Assembly: GCA_951406725.2 (NCBI GenBank)
Contig: OX597818.1
Coordinates: 49,352,001-49,416,000, forward strand
Direction: 5' to 3'
DNA: 64,000 nucleotides
Origin: Octopus vulgaris
Taxonomy: Eukaryota
Notes under the pieces: model-generated
Told to the model about the DNA's origin: nothing
What the model saw: only the letters and a program-made list of their open reading frames with translations
Databases searched by the model: none
Shown here: positions 1 through 11,945 of the stretch, one piece after another
How positions within the stretch are numbered: the first letter of the stretch is position 1
Layout of the letters: each line of letters starts with the position of its first letter
Program-made: the position numbers and the translations under genes

Positions 1-172
1 CGGATTAGGTCGATTACATTGACCCCAGTGCGCAAATGGTACTTAATTTATCGACCCTGAAAGGATGAAAGGCAAAGTCAACCTCGGCAGAATTTGAACT
101 CAGAACGTAGAGACAGACGAAATACCACTAAGCATTTCGCCCAGCATGCTAAAGTTTCTGCCAGCTCACCAT
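1..172 (-). mobile_element. SINE family A (tRNA-derived), partial
   Basis: Reverse complement of ggcgagctggcagaaac...gagttcaaattc (B box)...gcctttcatcctttcggggtcgataaa core, seen more than 12 times in the window. Confidence 0.85.
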
Positions 173-600
173 CTTAATATATCATTCTTAATAGATAACA
201 AATAAAACTAATAACTATTTTGTTATATAAAATTGTAATTAAAAATTCTTGTAATTATTAATTGAATATTATATAATTTTTAAAAGAAATAGGCATAAGT
301 TTTTAAATGAAAATTAACTAGATTTAATCCTTTTTTCCAAAGCATCATCAAACCAAAAATGCCCAGGTTTTTTTCAACTACTCTTGCTTCCAAGAATGTA
401 AACAGACATATCGAATAATGGTGAGTAATTCAAAGATTTCTTCAAAAATAGTTAAATTTGATAGGCACAAGCATAGGCAACCATGTGGTTTTGGGTTCAG
501 TCCAACTGCACAGAACCTTAGGCAAGTGTCTTCTACTATAGAGTCTAGCTCACCAATGCCTTATGAGTGAATTTGATAGGTGGAAGCCATGGAAACTCAT

Positions 601-694
601 TGTGTTTGTGTATGTATGTATGTATGTATGTATGTATGTATGCATGTATGTATGCATGCATGCATGTATGTATGTATGCATGCATGTATGTAAG

Positions 695-732
<38 letters not shown>
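601..732. repeat. Compound (TATG)n + (CT)n microsatellite
   Basis: Directly visible. Confidence 0.95.
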
Positions 733-741
<9 letters not shown>

Positions 742-749
742 TTAATTTT

Positions 750-1092
750 TATAAATCTTCCACTGAGAAGGGAGCTTGTTTCTAACAAAGATACAAGGCT
801 CCGTTTTTGGGATGTAGTTTACACAGACAATTTCACATTTTGAACTTGAGAAAAGTCTTGCATATTTTTGCCGTTCCACTTACAGATTGCACTTGTAATG
901 TAGGAATTAGCCGGTCGATTTCTCTTTTTGAAAATCCCAGTTTATCCAGATTCTCCTTTAAGCATTTACTAACAAAACCTAATGCTCCAATTATCATTGG
1001 TGTGAATATTAATTCATAGTCTGGATATAGAAGCTGGAGGTTTTGATGCACCTGTCCAAAGATATCCTCTTTTTCTTTGATTTTCAAAGAGA
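750..1092 (-). mobile_element. 3' fragment of an RLE-type (R4/Dong-like) non-LTR retrotransposon
   Basis: ORF 833-1126 has PMIIGALG...LDKLG...Q..V..T.KI, typical of the C-terminus of restriction-like endonuclease domains; ends next to microsatellites. Confidence 0.7.
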
Positions 1093-1146
1093 TGTATGTA
1101 TGTATGCTAGCATGGCAAACGGACATTAAAGGATGATGATGGTGAT

Positions 1147-1348
1147 ACTCTTTTTACTCTTTTACTTGTTTCAGTCATTTGACTGCAGCCATGCTGGAGC
1201 ACAGCCTTTATAGTCAAGCAAATCAACCCCAGAGCTTATTCTTTGTAAGCCTAGTACTTATTCTATCGGTCTCTTTTGCCAAACCGCTAAGTTATGAGGA
1301 TGTAAACACACCAGCGTTGGTTGTCAAACGATGCTGGGGGGACAAACA

Positions 1349-1394
<46 letters not shown>

Positions 1395-1579
1395 TACATA
1401 TATATATACATATATACGACGGGCTTCTTCCAGTGTCCATCTACCAAATCCACTCACAAGGCTTTGGTTGGCCCGAGGCTATAGCAGAAGGCACTTGCCC
1501 AAGGTGCTATGCAGTGAGACTGAACCTGGGGCCATGTGGTTGGTAAGCAAGCTACTTACCACACAACCACTCCTGCGCC
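1147..1579 (-). mobile_element. SINE family B (tRNA head, CORE-like ggcaccttgggcaagtgtc, internal TG/TA microsatellite, agtaaaag tail)
   Basis: Full-length match to copies at 7880, 22875, 25688 and 45924. Confidence 0.9.
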
Positions 1580-2148
1580 TGTGTGTGTGTGTGTTTGCGT
1601 CTGTATTTGTCTTCCCCTACCCACACCCTGCCACTGCTTGACAATCAGTATTGATTTTATATCCCCATAACTTAGCAGCTTGGCAAAAGAGAATGGTGGA
1701 ATAAGTACTAGACTTAAAAAATAAGTCTTGAGGTCAATTCATCTGACTAAATTTTTTCAAAGTAGTGCTCCAGCATAGCCACAGCCAATGACCAAAACAA
1801 ATTCATTGAATGAATTACAAGACTGTCTAGATGAGTATTCATATTGTAGTATTTGCTTTTAAATAATTATGATTTAACTTAGCAAATAACTTCAATGAAT
1901 GAGCAATTTCCAAGGTTTGAAATTAACAAGAGACCTTACTGGCATTTGTTTCTTCATAATTAGGCCATTTACAACAATGGCTTAGTCATGAGAAAGAGAA
2001 AGTTCCTCAAATATATTTTTGGCCCTCGAGGAATTGATGCAGTTGATGTTAAATTTAAACCTCTATAAGATGATGTTTACAGGAAAATCATTAGCCAGAA
2101 AAGAATTCTAGTGGGTTTATCTTTAAGAAGAATGGATTAGACATAGTT

Positions 2149-2965
2149 GGTGGCACATAAAAAGCACCCACTACACTCTCGGAGTGGTTGGCGTTAGGAA
2201 GGGTATCCAGCTGTAGAAACTCTGCCAAATCAAAATTGGAGCCTGGTGCAGCCATCTGGTTCGCCAGCCCTCAGTCAAAATCGTCCAACCCATGCTAGCA
2301 TGGAAAGCAGACGTTAACCGATCATCATCATCATCATCATCATTTAACACCTGTTTTCCATGCTGGCTTGGGTTGGACAGTTATACTGAAAACTGGTAAG
2401 CTGGGGAACTGCACCAGGTTCAAATCTGATTTGGCAAGGTTTCTACCAGCGGATGCCCTTCCTAATGCTAACCACTCCATGAGTGTAGTGGGTGTTTTTT
2501 ACATGCCACTGACATGGGTGCCATTTACCTGACACCAGCATCGGCCATGACTATGATCCCACATGGCTTGACAAGTCTACACAAGCATGGTATACTGCCA
2601 AATGTCTCAGTCACCTGTCGCTGCCCCCATGAGGCCCAACGCTTGAACAGTGCTTTTTATGTGCCACCAGCATGGGCGCCAGTCAGACGGCACTAGTACC
2701 AGCCACAACTATGATTTCACTTGGCTTGACAGGTCTTTACAAGCATAGCATATCACCCAATGTTTGAAGGGTGCTTTTTACATGCCACTTACACAACACT
2801 GGCATCAGCCATGATGGCTTGACAGGTTTCCTCAAGCACAGCATATCATTAAAGGTCTCAGTTACTTGTCATTGCCTCTATGAAGCCCAACATTTGAAGT
2901 TCGTACTTCACCACCTCATCCCATGACTTCTTGGATCTACCTCTTCCTCAAGTTCCCTCCACCAT
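2149..2965. mobile_element. Tail-to-tail pair of RTE-type LINE 3' ends sharing a (CAT)n tail
   Basis: 2149-2320 on +, 2322-2965 on -. The minus copy extends into a GRSKKSWDEVVK...YAV relic of an RTE ORF C-terminus. Confidence 0.75.
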
Positions 2966-3043
2966 TAAAGTACAGCTACAAACCTACATAGTGTTTGAGG
3001 CTTGACTAGTTGTAGATTTATATCACACTACAAACATTTCTTC

Positions 3044-3492
3044 GGATCTTTTCGGTTTGAACGGCAGTTTTTTCTAGCGGTGTCATATGAAATTGTCACC
3101 CATAATTATGACCCTAGTATCAATCTATTGCATTTCAATCTGTTTTAGAGTTAGTTAGGGTTAGTTAGAGCTTGGGTTAGGGTTAGGGTTAGGGGTGGAG
3201 GGAAGGGTATCTTTTTTTCTTCAGAAATGTAAATAAACCCAATCTGTTTCTTAAACGAGGGACATATTCATACGGCACAGAATGTTTTTTAACTCAATAA
3301 ACGTCATTGATTGGTTGAAATTGCAGAAATTGAAGAAAAAAAACAACAAATATCTTACAAACTATAGAATTTTCTCAATAAAGCCAATAGAAAAAGATGT
3401 TTTATAATCACATTCTATCAGTATACGAAGTTTAAAATTTTTTAGTTACATGGAAATTATGTTAAAAACTGCCGTTCAAACCGAAAAGATCC
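3044..3492 (+). mobile_element. Merlin-like MITE copy 1 with internal TTAGGG array
   Basis: ~29-bp TIR GGATCTTTTCGGTTTGAACGGCAGTTTTT; 8-bp TSD atttcttc (3036-3043 / 3493-3500). Confidence 0.9.
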
Positions 3493-4099
3493 ATTTCTTC
3501 TATATTTCGAGACTCTACAGCAAAAGAGGTTATGTATTGAACAAAACTGAGATAAAAAAATAGGAAAGGTAATGAAACCGATGTCATGTCCAAGTATCAC
3601 TGAAAGTGTGGGTAAGAGAGAAATCCTGGCTCTGAGTAGATTTTATAAAATTTTGTAAAAATTATAGTTTTGGTGGCAAGAAAAAAGCCTATGAGTTTTA
3701 TAGAACTCCATTGACTCATGAGATGAAATAAATTTATTGCAGATTAAAATTTGTCTATTGACCTAGATTTACTACTTCAATAGAAACAGCAGGTGTTAAA
3801 TATTATACAGCCAATGGAGTGTACTTAAATTACAAAACGTTTCAATGAACCCATACACCAGGTGTTCAATCGTTGATGCTCACCTTGGACATCTATTGAT
3901 CAATGTCACTACAACATTAGACACACTTATATAACAATATGTTTTATATAATTACAATATGGAAGACACATATTAACCATTCAGGACATGCAAAAACCGT
4001 TGACTTACTTAAATATTCATTATTTGGTGTCAGCCTTTTCATTGTTACACCTGCTAATGTAGTCACTGAAACTTAGTTGTTAATATATGCCTTCAACAA

Positions 4100-4645
4100 A
4101 GGTAGCAAGCTGGCAGAACTGTTACCTATTTTTTTACTGCCCACAAAGGGACTAAAACACAGAGGGGACAAACAAGGACGGACAAACGGATTAAGTCGAT
4201 TATATCGACACCAGTGCGTAACTGGTTCTTATTTAATTGACCCCGAAAGGATGAAAGGAAAAGTTGACCTTGGTGGAATTTGAACTCAGAACGTAACGGC
4301 AGACGAAATACGGCTACGCATTTTGCCCGGCGTGCTAACGTTTCTGCCAACCAGCCACCTTGGTAGAACTGTTACCGATTTCTTTACTACCTACAAGGGG
4401 CTAAACACAGAGGGGACAAACAAGGACAGACAAACGGATTAAGTCGATTAGATCGACCCCAGTGTGTAACTGGTACTTATTTAATCGACCCCGAAAGGAT
4501 GAAAAGCAAAGTCGACCTCGGTGGAATTTGAACTCTGAACGTAGCAGCAGACGAAATACTGCTAAGCATTCACCCGGCATGCTAACGTCTCTGTCAGCTC
4601 GCCGCCTTAAACTGTCACCGTGCCAGGCAAAATGCTCAGCAATAT
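4100..4645 (-). mobile_element. Two SINE A copies inserted antisense at one site inside an older SINE A head
   Basis: Copies 4127-4360 and 4377-4607; target motif (ggcag)aactgttacc present three times (4112-4126, 4362-4376, ~4609-4619). Confidence 0.75.
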
Positions 4646-5061
4646 CTTGTCTGTCTTTGTGAAGATATGATCTTGGAGAATTTAAAAAATTGCAAATGTT
4701 AGAGAAATTATGGCAGTATCTCATTAAAGGCCTAATGAACTTGTGTTAATATAACCTGGAAATTGAAGGCAGCAAGCTGACAGAATTCTTAGCATGCCAG
4801 GCAAAATGCTTAGTGGCGTTGCCTCTGTCGTTATGTTCTGAGTTCAAATTTCACTGAGGTCGACTTTGCCTTTTATCCTTTCAGAGTCGATAAAAAAAGC
4901 ACCAGTTAATTACTGGGGTTGATGTAATTAACTTAACCCCTTTCCAATACTTGCTGGCCTTGTGCCAAAATTTGAAACCAGTGTTTGTCTTCCCTGCTAC
5001 AATTGTTTTAGTTTCAACACAGGGTCTCAAATCAAATCATTTACCTGACAAGTAAATGGTA

Positions 5062-5388
5062 AAGACCTCTTTGATCATGAATGACCATGGGATTTCACCT
5101 AGAAAGTTACCCTCTGAGGCACAAGTTAGGGTTAGGGTTGTTTAAGGAAGACTAGCAGTTGTCCATGCATACCAGCCTCCCTTCTCCGTTCCACCAATGT
5201 TATCCAAGGGAAAGGCAACGGCTGATACAGCTTGGCACCAGTGACATCATAACTCATTTCTACAGCTGAGTTAACTGGAGCAACGTGAAATAAAGTGTCT
5301 TGCTCAAGGACATAACACATAGCCTAGTCCAGGAATCAAACTCACTACCTCATGATTATGAGCCTGACACTCTAACCACTGAGCCATG
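5062..5388 (-). mobile_element. SINE family E (tRNA head with CAT anticodon loop, CORE-like body)
   Basis: Minus strand reads atggctcagtggttagagtgtcaggctcataatc...ccttgagcaagacactt; related copies near 18700-18822, 18842-19030 and 24228-24440. Confidence 0.75.
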
Positions 5389-5855
5389 TACATCTCTAAA
5401 TTACATTTAATTATCTGTATTATTACATTATCTATTGTAATTTAACAAGTTTCATTATTACAAGTGACTGTAAGGTGGCAAGCTGGCGGAATCATTAGCA
5501 TAATGGACATTTTTACGTTCTGAGTTCAAATTCCACTGAGGTCAACTATGCTTTTTATCCCTTTTGTGTTTGATAAAAGAAGTACCAGTTGAACTTTGAG
5601 GTTGATGCAATCAACTTAACCCCTCTCCAAACCTGCTGGCCTTGAGCTGAAATTTGAAACCAATATCTAATATTAGTATAAACTGTGCTCGATATTTAAA
5701 TGTATAGCTGTATCGTCTGATATTGTTATAATGTTGAGTCCCTTTATCATTATCATCATCATTTAATGTCTGTTTTCCATGATGGATGGTTTGACCTGAG
5801 CAGGTAAGGCTAGGGGCCTTACTAGACTCCATTGTCTGTTCTTACAAGAATTCTA

Positions 5856-6311
5856 TGTCTGGATGCCCTTAAACTCCGACGTCTGGCAGCTGACTTGGTA
5901 GACACCTATAAAATTATTAACCATCTTACTAACAATAACTCTGAGCACCTTTTCAAACTCCACCTGTCTAACACCCATGAACATGTTTACAAAGTCAGAA
6001 AACAGCACAGCTCACATGACTTTCGAAAACATTTTTTCACGCTAAGAGTTGCTGAAGTATGGAACAAACTACTACCAGCATCAGTTGTTAGTTGTCGGAG
6101 CACTGCATCCTTCAGAACTTCCATGCTTCCTGAGATTCGCCAACACTACACCTGATTTTCTCCCCTCCATACACATGCAAGCATGTATCTGACTCATACA
6201 CTGTTTGCTTTCCAGACATTTGTACATTACTGCTTATGCTTTATACATACTTTTGACAAGTTGTGGTGCACCTGAGCACTGTATACAATAATTTCATTAT
6301 TATTATTATTA
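5856..6311 (+). mobile_element. CR1-clade LINE 3' fragment
   Basis: LRRLAADL...HFFTLRVAEVWNKL.PASVV...F RT C-terminal motif, 3' UTR and (ATT)n tail. Confidence 0.85.
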
Positions 6312-6399
6312 TATAACATTATTATAACAGTGTTTTCTTTGTGACACTACCACCTGTGCTTTTTATGTGTATCAGTATCAGTTCTGCTGTGGAAGCAAG

Positions 6400-7040
6400 G
6401 CTCCAGATATCTCGGTCTTTGTCATCTCTTTCACAAGACTTGCAACCGGCCTTCAATACTTTATCCTATGTCTTCATGGGTCTCCCTTTCCAACAAGTTC
6501 CATCCACTTTAAGTGACTGGAATTTCTGTATGCAACTGTTTACATCCATCTGCATCGCATGACCAGACCAGTGCAGTCTTCTCTCTTTTACAACTACATC
6601 TAATTCGTCTTATGCTTGGCTTTTCTCTCAATACACTAGTGCTCTATTGCACATGTACACTGACATTGGATACCCAGTAGAGCTTACTAGCTCCCTTCCT
6701 CACCAACTTTCACATGTCTTCTGCATTCAGAGCCTGTGTTTCACCACTATATAGCATTGGTGTTCATAAACATGCATCATACAATCTTCCTTTCACTCAG
6801 AGACAGCGAGACCTCTGGTTGCCAACAGAGGTAAAGGCTCTCTAGATTTTCTTCATCCTATTCTTATTCTAGTGATTACACTTTCTGTGCATCCTCTCCT
6901 ACAGCTAATTAGGTGCCTTAGGTAGCAGAAATTATCCAATACCTCTAAAGAGACTCTAGGGCATTTGAGAAAATCGATTTCCTGAGTATTTGTAGTTTTT
7001 ATGGTTTCTGTGCATCTTCCATGTACAAACACTATCAAAG
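6400..7040 (-). mobile_element. Degenerate RTE-clade LINE RT fragment
   Basis: LEVLDNFCYL..LIS...GC.E.V..RIR.G motif, interrupted by stops and frameshifts. Confidence 0.75.
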
Positions 7041-7249
7041 GTACTATTACATAGTAGAAGACACTTGCCCAAGATGCCACACAGTGAGACTGAACCTAGA
7101 ACCATGTGGTTGGTAAGCAAGCTTCTTAGCACACAGCCGCAATTCATTCAAGGTTCACTTCTTGTGCGTTGTTCTATGTCCTGTTCATGCACTTTTGGCT
7201 ACTTTTTCTGATGAGTTTTAGTGCATCTGAAGCACTGTACACAATAAGT

Positions 7250-7413
7250 TCATCATCATCATTTAACATCCGTTTTCCATGTTGGCATGGGTTGGACGGT
7301 TTGTCTGGGGTCTAGGAAGCCAGGAGGCTGCACCAGGCCCCAATCTGATCTGGTAGTGTTTCTACTGCTGGATGCCCTTCCTAACGCCAACCAACCACTC
7401 CAAGAGTGTAGTT
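7250..7413 (-). mobile_element. RTE LINE 3' UTR fragment
   Basis: catcatcatttaacatccgttttccatg...gatgcccttcctaacgccaacc motif. Confidence 0.75.
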
Positions 7414-7417
7414 GGTA

Positions 7418-7450
<33 letters not shown>

Positions 7451-7879
7451 ATGCAATCTAATTCATGTACATTCATAAAGTAAAAGTTTATTTTTACATT
7501 GTAATTATTATCAAAACTCCGTGTCTTAGTGTCTCTTTTTAAATGTATGTTTATTCTTCATTTCTTTATTTATATGATCGTTTAGGTGAAGCCCTTACAA
7601 CTTAACAAACCATACTTAGCTACATTTTTAAAGATTCCATGTAAGTAATGTGACAGTTCTATTTTGAAGGGAAAAGAACTTACAAACATTTTCCAAAATT
7701 TCAATTATTTTATTTAGAACTTGATTTGAAAAGATAAAATGACATTTTCTTGAATGAAATTGTTCTGTTGTGGTTGATCTTCCTTCTTGTTTACTCTTAG
7801 GTTAGCCTCATTCAGTAAATTCATGATAAAATCCTTTCCAGCCATGATTATCCTGTATGTCTTTGATTACATAGCTTGA

Positions 7880-8292
7880 GGTGCAGGAGTGGCTGTGTGG
7901 TAAGTAGCTTGTTTACCAACCACATGGTTCTGGGTTCAGTCCCACTGCATGGCACCTTGGGCAAGTGTCTTCTATCATAGCCTTGGGCCAACCAAAGCCT
8001 TGCGAGTGGATTTGGTAGATGGAAACTGAAAGAAGCCTGTCGTATGTATGTATATGTATATATATGTGCGAGTGTGTGTTTGTGTGTCTGTGTTTGTCCC
8101 CCCAACATTGCTTGACAACCGATGCTGGTGTGTTTATGTCCCTGTAACTTAGCAGTTCGGCAAAAGAGACCAATAGAATAAGTACTGGGCTTACAAAAGA
8201 ATAAGTCCCAGGGTCGAGTTGCTCGATTAAAGGCGGTGCTCCAGCATGGCCGCAGTCAAATGACTGAAACAAATAAAAGAGAGTAAAAGAGT
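7880..8292 (+). mobile_element. SINE family B
   Basis: Full-length match; many CpG decayed to TpG/CpA. Confidence 0.9.
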
Positions 8293-8892
8293 ATGTCTTT
8301 CTTTTAACAAGATAGTAGGGTGTGATTTGAGGAAGATTTGGCTATTATTTCTAGCATGTCAAGCGATCACAGAATGGCTCACTTATATATTTTGGTTGAT
8401 TGATTGGTTAGTTGTTTAGCTACATGTTATCTTTATTGGAATAGACATATGATCAACACTGTCTAGCCATAATAGCACACTATATTTGTGTGTATATGTG
8501 TGTGCATGCTAAAATATATATACAAATATATACAAATACATATATATTGAGTGAAAATCGTTATCAGTTACATAAAATATTTGATTTCTTCACTTATAGC
8601 AGTTATAATTTCATTATTGTACAAGATATGTTATTTTAATTGATTTCCTCTCTTTGTTTTTGGTAGATTCTAACTTCTAGCAATAAACTAAAGGAATCAA
8701 TATCCTTTAAAGTTTTATCATGATATCTCATCTATCTTTACAACTAAAAACACTGATTCGATATTAAGTTTTATGCAGTATTTCAACTCTATTTTATACT
8801 GAAAATATTTCTCTTGGGAACAGGGTAAGAATTTAATTTTCAAATGCAGTTCTACTTTCATGGCTAATTAATGTGTTGACTTTTGTATCAAG

Positions 8893-8973
8893 GTAACTGG
8901 GACACTTCTTCAGAGCTTCAAGCAAGACAAAACTTGTGTGGAGATTTTGAACAGATAACTACACTGGCACCAG
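8893..8973 (+). CDS. Probable internal exon (juxtamembrane ectodomain) of the SEFIR-domain receptor gene
   Basis: Acceptor ttttgtatcaag and donor cag|gtgaga; 81 nt, phase 1-1; reads (G)NWDTSSELQARQNLCGDFEQITTLAP and joins the TM exon in frame. The acceptor is weak. Confidence 0.5.
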
Positions 8974-9109
8974 GTGAGAAAAGCCACTTAAATTTTGATT
9001 ACTGAAAATTTAGATTTAAATTCTGTTACTTTTGTTTTATTAAAGAAACTGAAGCAAAATAAATGGATTTGTTTTTAGTTTTAACAATTAGTATTCCAGT
9101 TCTTTTAGA

Positions 9110-9312
9110 CGGCAAGCTAGCAGAATTTTGCTTTGGAAAATGCTTTGTGGCATTTTGTCTGACTTAATGTTCTGAGTTCAAATTCTGCTGAGATTGACTT
9201 TGCCTTTCATCCTTTTGGGGTTGATAAAATAAGTACCAGTTGAGTACTGGGGTCGGTGTAATTGGCTTGCCCCATCCCCTGGAATAGCTGTCTTTGTGAC
9301 AAAATTTGAAAC
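9110..9312 (+). mobile_element. SINE family A (alternative 3' tail)
   Basis: Head plus core gcctttcatccttttggggttgataaa; similar copies at 4767-4980, 5472-5662, 38140-38350 and 44265-44475 (-). Confidence 0.75.
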
Positions 9313-10041
9313 AAATATTCTAGTTCTTTGAAAAATGGGACTACCCCAACAAGTTAGAATAATTCTGTGTCTGCAGAACAGTCGAACTGGTTGAGTACTT
9401 GACAGACATTGGTAACTTTAATGTAATTCTCAAGTTGACTTGTGGGACAAGAATAGGCCTTTACATTAAGGTACAATCCATCAGATGTCACAATGTAAGT
9501 GGAAGAGTGATCCATAAGCATTTTCACTCTTAAAATATTCCCTAGGCAGAATTAATGCAACTTATAATGGTACCAGGTTGGCCCTATGAATTATGGGTAC
9601 AATTCTTCTAACAGGTTTCGATATAGTTTATGTCACCTTATTCACTCACAAGAATTTTTCTTCTCACTTCTTTGACCAGAAACAAAGCACTATGTCCATA
9701 TTTTTAGGAAGACCCTCTGAGACCAGTAAGACTTAAATAGTTACAAGTGGACAGCTGTAAGTAAAATGAGCATTTTAGAGAACCAACATTTAGGGAGTGG
9801 ATATTAGGGTGCAGGGCCTAAGGTGATGGACACAATATTGGAGGTGAGAAGAAGAAAGATGAGTGAGTCCTGAGTAGAATGAAACCAGCCAACTCTGAGG
9901 AAAAGAGGTTGTTGTTGTAATAGTTGAAAAAATAAAGAAAGGAAACAGAATGTCTGTAAGCCAGAGCTTGGAGTGTATTAGTGTGTGACTTCATGCCAAT
10001 CAACCACATCACATTTTTCTTCATCTTTTTTTTCTTTTAGA

Positions 10042-10390
10042 TAGGCACAAGCATGGTTGTGTGGTAAGAAGCTTGCTTCCCAGCCACATGGTTCTGGGTT
10101 CAATCAACTGTGTGGCACCTTGGGCGAGTGCCTTCTACTATAGCTTTGAGCCAACCAAAGCCTTGTGAATGGATTTGGTAGAAGAGAACTGAAAGAAGCT
10201 CGTCATGTGTGTGTGTGTGTGTGTGTGAGACCACCACCTGACAACTGGTGCTGGTGTGTTTACATACCTGTGACTTAGTGGTTCAGCAAAAGGAACTAAT
10301 AGAATGAGTGGGGTTGATTTGCTCATCTTAAATTCTTCAAGGTGGTGCCCCAAAATGGCCACAGTCTCATGATTGAAACAAGTAAGAGAT
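10042..10390 (+). mobile_element. SINE family B, diverged
   Basis: Head, CORE-like block and tail recognisable. Confidence 0.8.
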
Positions 10391-10395
10391 AAAAT

Positions 10396-10666
10396 CATGC
10401 TGAGAGTTGCTGAAGTATGAAACAAACTGCCGGCATCAGTTGTTAGTTGTCGGAGCACTGCATCCTTCAAAACTTCCATGCTACCCGAGATTTGTCAACA
10501 CTACACCTGATTTTTCCCCCCCTCCATACACACGCAACCATGTATCTGACTCATACATTGTTCGCTTTCCAGACATTTTTACATTACTGCATGTACTTTA
10601 TACGCACTTTTGACAAGTTGTGGTGCACCTGAGCACTGTATACAATAATTTCATTATTATTATTAT
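10396..10666 (+). mobile_element. CR1 LINE 3' fragment
   Basis: Matches ~6040-6311. Confidence 0.85.
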
Positions 10667-10741
10667 TTTAAAGGATCTTGGGTGCCTAAATGTGTAGCAG
10701 TGACCCTATCTCTTTCCTTCTACACTAATAAGTTACTTATA

Positions 10742-10923
10742 CAGGGTGGTCCAAAAGTCAACACACTCTGGAATTGTCAAAAACATGCTTCAATTTTTCT
10801 AAGATAAATAAAATGATGAATGCATGTGTTCTTGTACATGATGAGTAAAATAGATAATGATAATAACAACATGATATAAATAAAATCTCATATGTTTTGG
10901 TGCATGAATTTTGACCCACCCTG
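10742..10923. mobile_element. Small Tc1/mariner-type MITE
   Basis: ta|cagggtggtccaaaagtca ... tgaattttgacccaccctg imperfect TIRs. Confidence 0.55.
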
Positions 10924-10972
10924 CTGATATTTGATATGTTGAATTGATATTTTTTCTTTTGGTATATTTTAG

Positions 10973-11107
10973 TGAGTTTTATTAATACAACCAGTCAACC
11001 TTATTTTTCCACAACACGCATCCAGCCCCTGAAAGGCGGTAGTCAGGGCTCAGCTATTTGGATTTTGATCCTTGTTTTGATTTTATCTTTAATTATCTGC
11101 TTATTTA
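10973..11107 (+). CDS. Transmembrane-encoding exon of the SEFIR-domain (IL-17 receptor-like) gene
   Basis: Pyrimidine tract plus ttttag acceptor, donor a|gtaagt; 135 nt, phase 1-1; reads VSFINTTSQPYFSTTRIQPLKGGSQGSAIWILILVLILSLIICLF. With the next exon it gives a hydrophobic helix followed by QRRK. Missed by the ORF track. Confidence 0.85.
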
Positions 11108-11577
11108 GTAAGTATATCTTTGAAATGTGATGATTATAATTTATAATTTTTATAAATTTAGAAGCTGTTTCAGTTTCTGTGTGAATGTGTTTAAAGTAGA
11201 ACAAACACAGAATTAATTGATGATTAATAAGTCTGAATGAGAATTTTCCGTTTATCTTTCAATTCAAAGAATTGCTGCTGAGCACTTTATGTTCAGCAAA
11301 CTAACAATTTGGTCAGTCCACTGCTTTGATAAAGGCCCTATGAATAATAATGTGTAAATGTTGTTCTTTTTTGTTTTAACCCAACATTTACACATTTTTA
11401 TATAAACCATGATAAAGCTAGAAAGTATAACATGGAAATGTTAGGTTAAGTAAAACCCTTTGGAAAAGTCAAAGACTGTCACACGGTTATCCAAGGAATT
11501 TTTTAAACCCAGTATTTACATGCTATTATTTATAGCTTTATCTACTTTGAGTTCCATCATTAAAAACTATTTCCCAC

Positions 11578-11914
11578 ATAACTCTGAGTACCCTTTCAAA
11601 CTCCACCTGTTTAACATCTGTGGACATGTTTACAAAGTCAGAAAACAGCACAGCTCCCATGACTTCAGGAAACATTTTTTTCACGCTGAGAGTTGCTGAA
11701 GTAAGGAACAAACTGCCGGCATCAGTTGTTAGTTGTCGGAGCACTGTATCCTTCAAAACTACCATGCTTCCTGAGATTCGCCAACACTACACCTGATTTT
11801 CTCCCCTCCATACACACGCAAGCATGTATCTGACCCATACACTGTTCGCTTTCCAGACATTTGTACATTACTGCATATGCTCTATACGCACTTTTGACAC
11901 TGTATACAATAATT

Positions 11915-11944
<30 letters not shown>
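11578..11944 (+). mobile_element. CR1 LINE 3' fragment
   Basis: Matches ~5935-6311, (ATT)n tail. Confidence 0.85.

Positions 11945-11945
<1 letters not shown>

Noticed and set aside
550-788. Four overlapping ORFs with ER/HT/MYVC repeats
   Set aside because: Translations of microsatellites.
1179-1641. Recurrent ORF family (RRASFSFHLPNPLTRLW..., DGLLSVSIYQIHSQGFG...) suggesting a gene family
   Set aside because: All instances lie in antisense frames of SINE B.
3145-3195. True telomere or chromosome-fusion scar
   Set aside because: The short TTAGGG tract is internal to a TSD-flanked MITE and recurs in its other copies.
8669-8824. Possible upstream receptor exon ending at agg|gtaaga
   Set aside because: The frame needed to join 8893 has a TGA about 25 nt upstream, and no consistent acceptor was found.
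9377-9494. Possible extra receptor exon (ctgcag ... aat|gtaagt)
   Set aside because: Its open frame is phase 2-0, incompatible with the flanking phase-1 exons; the phase-1 reading hits a stop.
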